64,000 nt of DNA from Marsupella aquatica (taxonomy: Eukaryota > Plantae > Marchantiophyta): contig OZ316894.1 of the NCBI GenBank assembly GCA_973895155.1, positions 21,361,867 to 21,425,866 on the forward strand, read 5' to 3'. This document shows positions 38,501-51,200 of the stretch, piece by piece. The translations under genes were made by a program, and so were the position numbers. Under the pieces are notes generated by a model that did no database searches, was not told where the DNA came from, and saw only the letters and a program-made list of their open reading frames with translations. Numbering within the stretch: position 1 is the stretch's first letter; every line of letters starts with the position of its first letter.

Positions 38501-38763
38501 ATTTTATCACACATGTGAATTCTCGGTGGATGAATCGCTGTAGCAATGGATAGTGGTTCAAGCCAGGTTTTCTTCTATCACTTATCTGCTGCATTTTCTT
38601 CTGGTAGCCCTTCTTTGACTGCCTATTTTGTATAAAGGAAATTTGATTTTTTAATCTCTCGTTCAAGTCTCTCCCACATGACAGACGCTTCCTGGTGATT
38701 GATTTCTTTCTTTTGAACCAACTGATGGAGCCCTTCGTTCTAACGAGGATTGATGGATTGCAG

Positions 38764-40159
38764 GAGTCAAGGGCGGTTGATTATCCATTTCAGAACACAT
38801 ATGCTCAACGAGTTCAGCCCAACAATTCGTCTTTGAATAATTCCTCTCTGAAATTTGAATCAGGTGACACTCTCATTTATTCATCATCTTTAACAGCGTT
38901 CATGTCAAGTTAAGCCATTGCGCTCACATGGTGGTAATTACATGCGTAGCATTGTCATGCTGCAGTCATGGGTAAGCAAAGTTTGCGACTGACTGGTGAA
39001 CCGGCTGACGCTTGCACACAGATTCTCCAATTCTAGATGAAACGATTGAGATTGTTAAAGACAAAGTCTGGAGTTTCCGTTCAGGTAATTAACAGTTACC
39101 CTGTCCGTCCAGTCGTGGGAAGGGATGGATTGCTAGTTTATTCTGAATAGCTCCCAATGTATTGAGGCAAAGAGAATTTGAGTGGTGCGATTGGAACTTT
39201 TGCGTATCTTGCCAGTACTTTTCCAGGAAAGTTTATTGAACCTCGCACCATCTCAACGTAAGTATGGACACAGCTTAATGCAAAGCGTGAAGTTCATGTC
39301 CCTCTCTATCAATTCGCTATCATATACAGAGATTGAAATACAGATATCAATCTCTGTATCTCATACTGGACCTAGATTAAGGGGCCATTTGCTATACACT
39401 TCACATTATTGATCGAGATTGGTCTTGCTTCTGATGTTTCCCATTTGTGTCTTGCAACAGCATTAAGGGCTGCAGCTGAAGCACTCGTCAATTTTGGGTT
39501 ACCCCCGCAGGTGGTGGGTTATGAGTATCCATACCTACTATTCTCGTTTGATAATATTTTTGTTTGATATGAAGTGCTTCTTTAACTCATTTCTCCGCCT
39601 TTCGCTGGTGGTGCAAGGAGGGATTTTTTGCATACTCCACTGCCCTGTTGTTGAGTGCATTCTTTGGACAATCTACATGAATGTTTCATTCATGTCACAA
39701 CTAAGGTATGCCACAGACCTTAATGGTCAACTCAGATCAGTCCCTTTAGGAGAAGATGACAAATTGGCAGAGAAAAATGAGGGAGAAGCTGCTCTTCAGA
39801 AAGTCGCCGAAGACGAGTTGGTTGCAAAATCCTCCAGTAGCAGATCAACAGAGGATGGGTGGACGCATCGCACCGGGGAGGGAAGCAGGCTGGTGCCACG
39901 TCCCGATGACGACGATGATACCGATCATGCCTTTGCAGAGGCTGTTCGAAAGGAAAAACGTAAGTCGCTCTGCTTCATCAGTGGTGTCCTGCTTTTATTA
40001 CAGAGCGGTGAAATTAGCTTCATATTGTTGTGGTTATTGAAGGGACGCCAATGATCAATTTCAGAGCTGACATCCACATTTCTGTTTGGATCAGAGGAGC
40101 GAAAGTCGTTGACAAGGACTTATGATGTGGATGAAGACGAGGATGGGAGGGGCAACTGA
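38764..40159 (+). CDS. 3' exons of a hypothetical protein gene (5' part probably from ~35450, unresolved)
   Basis: Mostly phase-compatible GT-AG exons: ESRAVDYPFQ..KFES | DSPILDETIEIVKDKVWSFRS | ALRAAAEALVNFGLPPQ.. | ..GEDDKLAEK..DHAFAEAVRKEK | QERKSLTRTYDVDEDEDGRGN* (TGA 40157-40159). One junction is ambiguous. No family recognised. Confidence 0.45.
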
Positions 40160-42531
40160 TCGTTAGCTTCCCTTGTAACATACCTATACTGGTTTCAAGA
40201 GAATTCGTCGATACAAATAGTGGCTGTAGAGTGAATCCCTTTGTGTCTGGATATCAACAGGCAGGGACCATTCGCTTTGCAGTTCAATTGTTTAGAGATG
40301 GATTTCGTAGGCCATATGTGATTGGAACTCTCCCAAGGTCTGGAAGTGGGCGCTGTCCAGAGCACTGTAAATTACTAGTTTGTTGAGTACGATTCTTTGG
40401 TTGTTTGCTGAGATTCGAAATCTCCAACTATGAGAGAGTACTCTCTACGGCTTTGTAGATGGTCACCACCAAGTGAAAGATACTCAGCAGGAGTACGTAG
40501 CTTTCTATGGTAAGTGCGTATGGTAAGCAGACAAATTGTACCAGGCTTGGTGAGTTGTGTGTGTGTCATGGCATCCATTTTCTTGGTTGAAATATTCAAG
40601 TAATACCATGGTGCCTCTAAGCTTCCCAAAGAATGTTTATCTAAGACATGAGTTGTGAAATTGGTGGCTTCTTTCCCCGACGTATCTGTGTGGTTTTGCT
40701 TAGAACTCTAAAATAGAATCGAACCCTCAAATTCGTCATGTCGTGATAGCATCGAACCCTCAACTCATTACTATCGCATCTAACATAAGCTGACTCTGCC
40801 CGTCATCATTCTGCAAAAATTGTCAACTTCTAACTCTTCACAGGAAGAATTAACATCTTGGATACAGGACATCTAAAGCCAACGTCCACTCCAAGTCCTC
40901 CAAATCGAAACTCCAACGATGTCGGACATCTAAACCTTCAGCTCAATGTCGATCGAGCCATGTACGTGCAATACGTGAAAGTAACACATGATTCATGAGC
41001 TACAGTAATTGTGAAAGTACCACATAATTCATGTGCTACAGGACTTGATTAATAGAGATAAACCATCAATCTCACATCAATCGATTGGTCGACCAGCTGC
41101 TTCTCAGCATCTGGAGAAAATCGGCTCGAGAAGCCCAACAAGTTTTTGAAGATATATGATTGGGACTGCAACTGTAGCTGGAGCTTGACCTCTACCGGCA
41201 TCTGATCCAATGGTTCAACATTTCTGGACGGATGATAAAAGTATCGAGCTATGGCAAGAAAATTTGTTCCATGTAACCGTTTAGACATTGATTCAAAATT
41301 CCATCATCACAATGGAAAATTCAGTCAGAGTTCAGTCACAGAATCTTGGTTATCAGATGCGTGGAAGACTGAGACATCCAGACCTGATTGGATCACAATT
41401 AACTCTGACCCCTACGAACACGAAGATTACTTCCAACTTGCTTCTATCTAAATCTAAAGGAATGTCCTCACCCGTGATGAAGATATCATTCTCTGGACTA
41501 AATCAATCTCTGGAGTGGCTGATGGAGTGGCGGAGGATCTCCGGCAACGACAACATCAATCGAACCAGGGAGTCGTGCAGGGACTGATAGATAGAAAGAA
41601 CGATACTAGTAAAACCGTGAAATCCGCACTCTTAGACTACTGTAACGATAAATGGTCTTCTTTCTAGCAAAAGGAACGTCATCTCTGATGCCATCCATCT
41701 TGTCATGAACTGCTAATTATAAAGATCATGAGATTGGAAGGAGTAGAGCAGATTGACATGACAGCGTAGGACAATTTGGAAAATTCTCACCTTTAGTATA
41801 GGCTCACCAGAATTTCTTTCTACACGGACTGAACGTCTTGATTTTATTTGACAAACTGTCTACGGGAGGCAATACTAGCTACTGTAGCTGATCCCGGATA
41901 ATCCCCGTGTTGAATGACGGAGAATTCACACCTCTTGCCAGCTAAACAAAAGGAGGACGCGCATTTATGGGAAACAAGGATTGAAGATCATCCTAATGTC
42001 ATCGGGGTGAGCTGACAGCTGCATTCGCAACGAATCTCTGATTTTGTAGCAACGAATCTCTGATTTTGTAACTCATGCCGAACCAGAGACGGAAAGGAAA
42101 AGAAAAGATAAGAGGAAAACTCCATGCTTTTCGATCTCTAAGTTTTACACACCATCCTGCATACTAAAAAATAGGGATCGCTTGGAAAAGTATCGATCCC
42201 AAGAATTAGATTCAATGAAAGATGTAAGTTGAAGATCGAGTAAAGATTACATCGATCAAATGAATTGCCAGGAGCTTTTATTGTACCAATAGCGCAAACA
42301 AGGTTGACGTTTTGATGTATATAAGCAGAACCAATTCGTGTTGCAACGTTTCTGACTAGCGAATTATTTGACATGCCGTGGTCAATTGCAAACCAAATCA
42401 AAATATCGGTAGCTTAATGACATCCGAGAATTCATTTTCGGCTGTAGATTTATCCAGACAGATGAGAAGATTTCCTACGATGTATCGACGAGGGAAAGCG
42501 CATGACGTTCAACAACACGAAAAGTGAACGC

Positions 42532-44016
42532 TCAGGTCTCATCATCCGGTTTAGTGTCTTGTTTTGTGGTCTCATCATCCGGTTTAGTGTCTTTTTTTGT
42601 GGTCTTGTCATCCGATGACAGTTCAGATTCTGATTCATCGAGCTCGCTGGCGCGGTCGTCTTTATCAGGAGCGGGAGGATTGGCTTTCCGCTCATGAAGA
42701 GCTTTGACGACGAGGTCGATGGCACTGTCCGGGTTGCTTCTCTCTTTGGTGAGAATCTCAGCAATTTCGGCAGGACTCATGAAGCTGGAGTCAATAATTT
42801 CCTGCACATCTGCGAAACGAGGGTGATCCTTGATCTGCAGGAAGTTTCTGACCAGAATTTTGAATGCGGGATAGCGGCAATAGCCAAGGTTGATGTGCAT
42901 GTCCATACGTCCCGGGCGTAGCAATGCCGGTTCCAACTTGTGGACAAAGTTCGTGGTGAAGATAAAGATGCGCTCAGATCCACATGCGGACCATAAACCG
43001 TCGGTGAAGTTGAGCAATCCGGAAAGGGTCACCTTGCTTGGCTTGTCTTCGTCATCGGTCTTACTTCTAGGATCCTTCGGTTTCTTCTCCGCAGACTTCT
43101 TCTTCTTCTTTCTTTGGCCGGAAAGGTCTAGCGAACAGTCAATGTCTTCGATGACTATGATGGACTTGTTGGAGGTGTGAAGAAGGAGCTTGCGCAGGTC
43201 CGAATTTGTTTGGACTTCCGTGAGCTCCAGATCATAGACGTCGTAGCGCAATCGGTTGGCCATCGCGGCGATAATCGAAGTTTTTCCTGTACCAGGAGGC
43301 CCGAAGAGCAGGTAGCCTCGTTTCCAAGCTTTGCCGACACGCCTGTAGAACTCTTCACCATGGACGAAACTGTCGAGGTCGTTCAGTAAGCTGAATTTCT
43401 GGTCTGGATCAAGAGCGACAGTGTCGAAACTGGCAGGGTGTTTGAAAGGAATACAAGTCCACCCACCACTCGTGCCGTTGCGATCAATGTTCCTGTTGGA
43501 ATACAGGTTCAGATCACGATTGGCCCTTTCAAGCACTTTAGCCTCCTCGACAATATAAGCGAAGTAGCTATCCAAGAGGAAATCCTTTTGTCGACGAGGC
43601 ATTTTCACTTGAAAGGCTCGCCTCTCATCACTGTTGCTCTCCCAGTTCATCCAAAGGGGGTTCCTCCGCTCCTCCACGTTGTGTATCCATTCCACTGGCA
43701 CTTTCTCGAAGTTATCACGGATGCGCTGATTTCTGGTCAGACTGAAGGTGAAGTTCTTTGCGTTCTTCGCCATTGACAAATTGGACTTGCGCGCTCGCTG
43801 TCGGGTTAGCGAGCTGAGGTAGGTCTGCACTGCGGCATACAGTTCGTTGGGAGTTGTGCCTTCGTACTGCGAAACGACGAAGTAGGTGTAAGGAGATACT
43901 AGATTCACTAACCGGTCTGCAAAGTAGTTCCAGTACTCGCTCGGTATGAATCCTTGCATGACGGCCGCCATTGCGAGCACCGATCCTATCCAACTCATCG
44001 TCTCCGAAATCTGCAT
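42532..44016 (-). CDS. BCS1-like plant AAA-ATPase (ASD/OM66 family), intronless
   Basis: 494-aa ORF. AAA_assoc-type N-term (NELYAAVQTYL), FKHPASFDTVALD, FYRRVGKAWKRGYLLFGPPGTGKT (Walker A), IIVIEDIDC (Walker B), VTLSGLLNFTDGLWS, ALLRPGRMDMHI. Ends in a duplicated TK.DTKPDDET tail. Confidence 0.95.
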   Translation of the reverse strand: MQISETMSWIGSVLAMAAVMQGFIPSEYWNYFADRLVNLVSPYTYFVVSQYEGTTPNELYAAVQTYLSSLTRQRARKSNLSMAKNAKNFTFSLTRNQRIRDNFEKVPVEWIHNVEERRNPLWMNWESNSDERRAFQVKMPRRQKDFLLDSYFAYIVEEAKVLERANRDLNLYSNRNIDRNGTSGGWTCIPFKHPASFDTVALDPDQKFSLLNDLDSFVHGEEFYRRVGKAWKRGYLLFGPPGTGKTSIIAAMANRLRYDVYDLELTEVQTNSDLRKLLLHTSNKSIIVIEDIDCSLDLSGQRKKKKKSAEKKPKDPRSKTDDEDKPSKVTLSGLLNFTDGLWSACGSERIFIFTTNFVHKLEPALLRPGRMDMHINLGYCRYPAFKILVRNFLQIKDHPRFADVQEIIDSSFMSPAEIAEILTKERSNPDSAIDLVVKALHERKANPPAPDKDDRASELDESESELSSDDKTTKKDTKPDDETTKQDTKPDDET

Positions 44017-44207
44017 CTTGAATTGTCAGTGGGTTTCCCCGGGGGTTTCCGTTATCCAATTGGATTCCTCTATGGGTGCTCGCTGCCTGCTTGCTCGATG
44101 AAGAAAAATACAAAACGAAGGTTTCTCTCAATCCCCAAATCACCGACTCTCCTCAGTCGCGTAAGCTGTACTAGCAACTCGGACTACAGAGTTGGCTGAG
44201 TACTGAC

Positions 44208-44360
44208 TGTGAAGTGACGACATGTACGTTGGGTGAAGGCCTTTTATAAGGTGTGCTTGAGAAGTGTGAGCGGGAGTGTGAGGGCATGAAATGTGAAGTG
44301 ACGACAGGTCTGTTGAGTGAGGCCTTTTATAAGGTGTGCTTGAGAAGTGTGAGGGCATGA
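44208..44360 (-). promoter_or_regulatory. Duplicated core-promoter module (two TATA boxes) upstream of the AAA-ATPase
   Basis: Direct repeat TGTGAAGTGACGACA...GGCCTTTTATAAGGTGTGCTTGAGAAGTGTGAG at 44208 and 44292. The minus strand reads CTTATAAAAGG in each copy, and each copy contains TGACG. Confidence 0.6.
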
Positions 44361-45357
44361 AATACCCGTAATAACAGTGCAATTCACCGTCCATTCACCA
44401 GGAGGTTTCTTCGTTGTTACGCTGGAGAGGTACGGTCTAGTCTGACGAGCATAGTCTGACGGTCTAGTCTGAGGAGTGTAGCTCAAGGATCATAGCTTAC
44501 TAGGGACGCCCACGGTCTCCGAGCACGGTCTCCCAAAATCCACATTGAAGACTTTTCTTTGATATTTGCTAGTCGTAACTGATACGATTATTAACTTGCT
44601 ACAGTACCGGACTCTACCCTGTCGTAATAGTAACGTCCCGAGGAACGTCCAAACCGACAGATATATTCTGCCCTAGCAGAAGAATGGACATAGCTAATCG
44701 TCTATGAGACTATGATGGATAGATGTCCTCTCCGTTCCCCAAGCAATAAAAAAAAAGAACGTATACGGTGAAATGCAGCTAGCTGGGACATCGATATCGC
44801 AGTAGACCCTACAGACAGCTTCCACTCTCTATATTGAACGGTAGATTAGGATTAAGCACAATCGGTCAACAGCAGAAGGATGTAATGGTCACCGCTTGAA
44901 GGTTATTTTCAAACAGATACATTCCAGGAAACAGCACACATCGCGGGATGTTTGCTTTGAAGCAAAGGTCAAGCAAAGGTCAAGCAAGGTCTTGAGCACA
45001 AGATTCCCAAAATTTGCTCTGGTCAATTCTCCAGACGGTCACAGCTATCTCTGTGCCACAGAGAATCAAGCAGCTAGTATTGTACGTGACTGGATCACCT
45101 TGTTGCTGTTTACGTTCGTACTACGTCGCATGAAAAATTGCAACTGCCAGGAAGCTCCATTTTAGATCAGTAACTCGTTCGAGTTGATAGTAGGTCCAAT
45201 TTTCGTGCCTGTCATACTTCCAACTGCAGTTCCACGTGTCGGGCTTAAATACTTTTAGTATGTTATCAAAGATACGGTAATTTTTTGGAAAGTACACAAA
45301 ATATAGATTTCCATACATATAAAATCCATACAGCCTACAGTAGATATGGAATGCTGT

Positions 45358-45830
45358 GTTGGTGTCATAGAGGTTGAAAAGATGGTCACCAGTATCGTTG
45401 GTGTCATAGAGGTTGAAAAGATGGTCACCAGTATCAGTCCGCCTCAGAATCCGTGTTATGACTGAATGATCAATTCATATTATCCATAAATTTTTGAAGA
45501 TGCTATATGGTAAATGCATATTAGATTTTTGTGTCATGTATTTTCATTTCAATGTGTCTTATCAAGGGGCAGTCTTTGTATTCTATATATTTTTAATTAA
45601 TTTATAGACCTTTTTAGTTTTAGGTATTTTAAAGTATTTTGAACTTATTTTAGTAATCTCATCTATAAATTTTTGAAGCTTATTTTATTTTATTCAGATT
45701 TTTGTGTCATGTATTTTCATTTCAATCTGCCTTATCAAGGGGCAACCTTTGTATTCTATATATTTTTAATTAATTTTTTAGACCCCTTTAGTTTTAGGTA
45801 TTCTAGAATGTTTTGAACTTATTTTGGCAA
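45358..45830. repeat. Short local duplications (39-bp perfect pair; ~175-bp AT-rich pair)
   Basis: GTTGGTGTCATAGAGGTTGAAAAGATGGTCACCAGTATC x2 (45358-45435). AGATTTTTGTGTCATGTATTTTCATTTCAAT...TTTTTAGTTTTAGGTATT x2 (~45523, ~45696). Confidence 0.8.
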
Positions 45831-48238
45831 CCCCCTTTCACAATATGTGTTTTCTTAGAGATGAAACCAAAGGTTCCACAATCACAAGTGAGAAAAATGA
45901 TGGTGAAGACCATGAATGCATAGTCTCTTAAATTCTCCTCATGTTTTTCTGTCCTAGGTTTATGGTTTCTATTGAAAGGAGTGTCATTCATAAGACACCC
46001 TGAGTTAAGTGCACACATCCTAGCATGGTTTGATTGTACTTTTTTTTGGTCAGTGTGCTTGTGCTTTTTTTGGCAGACACTTTACTTATATAACAGCATT
46101 TCTATTCCTCTCATATTTTATTTACTTTCAAATCACTACAAGACAAAAAAAATAGCATCGTTTGATTGTACCTTTTCTTGGTCATTGTGTTTTTTTGGGA
46201 GACATTTTACTTATATAAGAGCATTTCTATACTCTCATATTTTATTTTCTTTCAAATCATTACAAGACAAAAAATAAAGCATGATCCAGGATGAATATGC
46301 TTTCAAATCATTAGAAGACAAAAAATAAAGCATGTTCCAGGATGAGCATGCTATAATTCACTGCGAGGAAGTGGTTTCCAATGCGAGGAAGTGGTTTCCA
46401 ACACCCTGAATGGGTTTGGACTTTGGCCATTTTTTAACGGATGTTCTCGTTGTCTCCGACGTAGGACGGTGGTCGTTTACTGAGTCGTTCCCTAAAACCC
46501 ACATGATATTCCCTCGTGTGAAGAAGCTCCAATAAGTTGCATAATCATCAGTAACGTCATCCTCAAGTAACAATGTGTGTGAGGCTTCACCACCACACAT
46601 CCTCCATTCCGAGGCCATGACGAATGGCAACAAAACAAGCTCAAGTCTCTCAGGAAAAATGATACTTAGCCTGCTGCATTCTCTTGCTGTCAGGAATGTC
46701 TACACAACTAGCCGCAATGTCGAGCTGGACGGCCCGATTTAAGGACATCAGCATAACACCATTTGTGAATGCTGCATGCTACTGGTTTCATCATAATTCT
46801 GAGGCTATTAATTTCTGATAGAATGCAAGGACGCCGTAACAGAAGTTTGTCTGGAAGGACAGTTGGAAAGGAGTGATAATATCGTGCTCTTCTTACCTTC
46901 CAGATGTGTTGTTGATCTGGACCTGGGAACTGCACAGTTGGCGGGGATCCAGCTTTTCACCAATCTTTGCGCAATCTCATTTTGTCAAATAATTTCCTAC
47001 GAGAGACATCATCACCTTTCTGCTGATGTGTTCTTATGTATCTTCTGATCCTGAGAAACAGCAATCTCACTCGATTTTGTCCCAATTGCCCGACTCACTC
47101 CAGCTCCACTCTCTAGACCACAGCAAGAACACTACAATTTCTGTCTTTATACTCAGTTGTTAACTCTTCTTTGGCACTTCGATTCTTCTTAATGAATTTA
47201 ACGACTGTAGTACTGAAGATTCCTAGCCGTAAGGCAACCTTTGCGAGCTGGAGATCCTGCATCTCTCTTGAAAATCATGTTGAAGCACCATACCCGAATC
47301 GTGAGTAACCAAACCTCGTCTAGCCGTCTCTAACCAGCCCTACGATCATAATATTACTATGTACAAGGCAATCTAGGAGAGGTTCGACAGAAACGGCCAG
47401 TCTCAGACGATTCAGTTTGCTTGGCAAGTAATGCGAATTTGAACAAGGCAAATCTAGGAGGAGAGCTTCGACAGAAACGGCTAGTCTCACACGATTGAGT
47501 TCGCTTGGCATTGTTGATGAATGTAACAGTACTAGATTTTCGAGGCTATATCTGGTGCCGGTAGAAGATAAAATGTTGAGATCTGTTCAAACAAAGGTGC
47601 TTAACTTCACGAGTGAGTCATACGTACTTACCCTGCTCTCAAGAATCGTGATTCTCATCCAATTGCTCGCTGCGACCATCGAGGTGTGTCAAGCTTTCGG
47701 ACGGGATCGAGAGAAAGATCGAACGCTCGACAAAGTTCTCGATCGAAGCACATCTCCAGCAGATGACAGCGTCGCTTTAGGGGAGTGTTCCATGAGCCCT
47801 CAAGAGGTTCGCACCCCTAAATCCCAAGAAGTGTAGATAAGTTTTTCCAGTTGTCTTTCGAATGATCCAGACTAGATCTCAGGCAAATTTGAAGGGCCGA
47901 GATATGGGAGAAAGATTTTTGAATGATCGATTCAGACGAGATCTGAGACATTATGGAGGCCAGATATGAGGCAAAGATTATGTAAAGAGAACCTTACCCC
48001 TATCCCACATCTCACGGTCAATATGGATGAGCTTCATTGGCACACCTCAAAACCTTAGCAGCATGCAAGTGCCTCCCACTTGGGCAACTGATATTAGGAT
48101 GATTAATTACATAGCTTCAAGGAAACCACGCCATTAATTTCAATGCCCAGAGCTAGTAATGACAACAAAACTCTCTTGGCTAAGGGTGAATACGAATGGG
48201 TTTCAAAGGGGAAACTCTCTTTCAAACTTTTGTATTAG

Positions 48239-51200
48239 CTACAGTTGCGAATTACATAAAAAAGCAACCGTGCATCGGATCTTTTGGAATGTGGAATCCA
48301 GTCTTTGCCAGGACAACCCTTGTAGATCAAGGAGCTTTTTCGACTTTTCTTGCACGCGAGAATTTCTAATAATGGTTTGCCCATGAATCTGTCAAGAACG
48401 AGGTACATTGTAAGTCTGAGATAGGCTCATTATCATTCTGCATTCGATTCAATGCAACTCTAGTTTCTATTAAAATTTTCAGTTTCTACAAAATTGTCAA
48501 AAAAACAAAAACGAGTTTCTTTAACTCGTTTTTCAGACTTTTCACTGTAGGATGCCTAGACAGTACTTGGCAGTGACCACAACACGAAGAACTTGATCCA
48601 ACATTACTGACACCAGGTTCAAGCTTACCTTGAGAAATAATTGGATTAGGGCCTGGACAAATTCAAAATCTGTATTGGCTGCCATTTGCTGTACGAAGAA
48701 ATCCATGAGTCGCGCAATGTCGAGCAGTTCTTTGCTCTGAGATTCTGTATCATCATCGTCATCATCATCGACTATTTGTAGGATTCGAAATTCAGCATCC
48801 AAGGCAGAAGGTGTCATCCCCTTAACAAGGGTCATCAGACTTGTGTCTGCGCAAAGGAGCAAAACAGCGTGAATTATAAAACACCCCACAAATACTCCAA
48901 AATTTTGAACTTGAAAGTAAACCCTCATCTCTAACAGTCAATTCTAACAAGTGAGTGGACTTGCTCTAATTCAACAATAGTTACTATCGACGGCCAAATT
49001 GGACACACTGGAGTTGATTTAGAGCAGAGACTTACAGTCTTCAATATTAGAACATTTACGAAGAGTGTGGATGAACTCTGACTGGAGTTCATCGCCAGCT
49101 GCCATATTGTTGATAAATCTTGAAACAGCCTTCAGTGCGGCCTTAGGGGAATTGCCATCTTTTTCAGTTTCCTCAGCGGTCGTTCCAGCTACAAAGGTAG
49201 GAACTCCTGAGACTGAAGGTAATGTGGGCAAGAAAAAAGGAGCTCTTTCTGGCTTTTTGGGTGGTTCGACTGGCTTGTTCCGAACCTGACGAAAGCCACA
49301 TTTCTCAACGTTAGCATCCAAGCAATTCTCAAACTTTGGGAACGATGAGAAGAGGACTGCTGAACTGATAAATCAAATTTTGCTCAAATTAACCAATTCT
49401 CACAAGGCGTGATCTGAAAAATTGTTTCTGAACCAAAGATGTGGCAGAAAAATCTGGAATTATTTGGATAGCCTATATTCAAATTGTTTGGAGAATGTTC
49501 TGGCATTTATGCACATGAGATTTGTCATGTTTACGCATTATTTTCTACTGTCTTGCAGAACGCCTAGGGAGTTTCGAATTGGAACTGCCAGGTGAGCAAG
49601 TAGAGTAAAATATCGACTTCTTACTGTATATAGATCATGTTGAACACAGGATCTAAATCAAAGCACAGTAAAAGATACGTTCGTCCAGGTCCCATGCAGT
49701 TAATAGAGTAGAACACCTTGACAATTCTCTCCCCCATCCCCTTCCCGAAAAAAACAAAAGACGAGCTCGCTACCACAAAAAAATCAGAAAGAATGGAAGG
49801 TAAAAAAATGAAGAGCAAGCACAAAAACTAATTGAAGTACCCAACAACTGGTGAATAGAGTACCTTGATAATATCGAGATTTACAAGGGCTTGCCATTGA
49901 CTTTTGGGTAACATTGCAAGTGTGATCAAAGAAGGTAGTATCTGAGCAATGTCAGATGAGGATCCATCTTTTTTCGGAACAATCGTACTGGAGTTCTCAC
50001 TGGCAATCCCTGCACCAGCTTCAGACGGTTCGTTCTCCAGCGCAGTTCCATCACTGGATGAAACGGTTGGCATAGAAACATGAACCACAGAGTTCCCACT
50101 CCCAGAGGGTTCTGCATCAACAGAAGAGTAGATAAGCCGGTTTGCCCTGCATAGCAGATTGTAAAAACGACTTAGTAAATCGCGAGCAAAGGTCGAAGTA
50201 CTGCAAGATCACTGCCTGTTTTAGCGTTTGAGATCGCTTTTCCAGGTTTGCAGTAAAAACTTCAACCCTAAGTTATGCGTCAAGGAGACTGATCGCCACT
50301 TCAAAGTAGAGTATTGAGTCTAGGAGATAAACAATTTCTGGAAAGTAAAAGAGTGACTCACCATAAATATATGCCATTCCGATTAACATGTGCTGTGGCC
50401 AACATGTCCATGTTTGGGGAGAGAGTTAGTGCTGTGACAGCAGCATCCACCTGCATGGCATCTAATGGCTTTGCAGCAACAACATCCCAGACCCGTACAG
50501 TTTCATCCATGGATGACGAAATTAACCACTTTCCATCCTCACTGAAGCACACGTCAGTGATGCGGTCGGTGTGGCCTTGGAACAGTCTAACCATTCGCAC
50601 AGCCACTACATCATACAGGCGAAGGACTTTGTCCTCTGAAGCGACTGCAAGCAAGCCTACATTCCAAGAAGAGAACAGTCCATGAGTTTAAAAATTTGCC
50701 TAGTTCCCTGTGTACACATAAGCTCTCCGTTTCCTATCAAAGCACAGAATTCCAGAAAACTTCTCAGCACGATAAAAAACGTACAGAAAAGTCTAACCCA
50801 AAGGGTCTGATGGTAAAAGTGGAAGTAGAGGAGCGAACCATTGCCAGGATGATAAGCAATCTTCACTGGTGGAGAGCCCACAGAAATGGTGGACTTGAGT
50901 TCCCTCCCCTTGAAATTCCAGACCTGCATAACAACAATTCATGTAAACATTGACAAAGTAGACTACGTTCAGAGAGCTCGACAGATCGGCTATTCTCCCG
51001 AACCACACCAATGGAAGAGAGAGATTTCATCGCTTAAAGTAATGACGTAGGGTGGAGCAAATTTTTAAAACTGTATGGTATCCAGTGTCTGGAAAAGCTG
51101 TGCAAGTCGATGTCAAACCTTGATCTTATCATCACAACCTGCACTCAGCAGTAGTGTATTCGTAGCATCACAGGCTAGCCCAACAATTGCTCCGTCATGA

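Noticed and set aside
46360-47840. Additional minus-strand gene downstream of WDR36
   Set aside because: Some splice-like signals are present, but I could not build a continuous reading frame or recognise a product.
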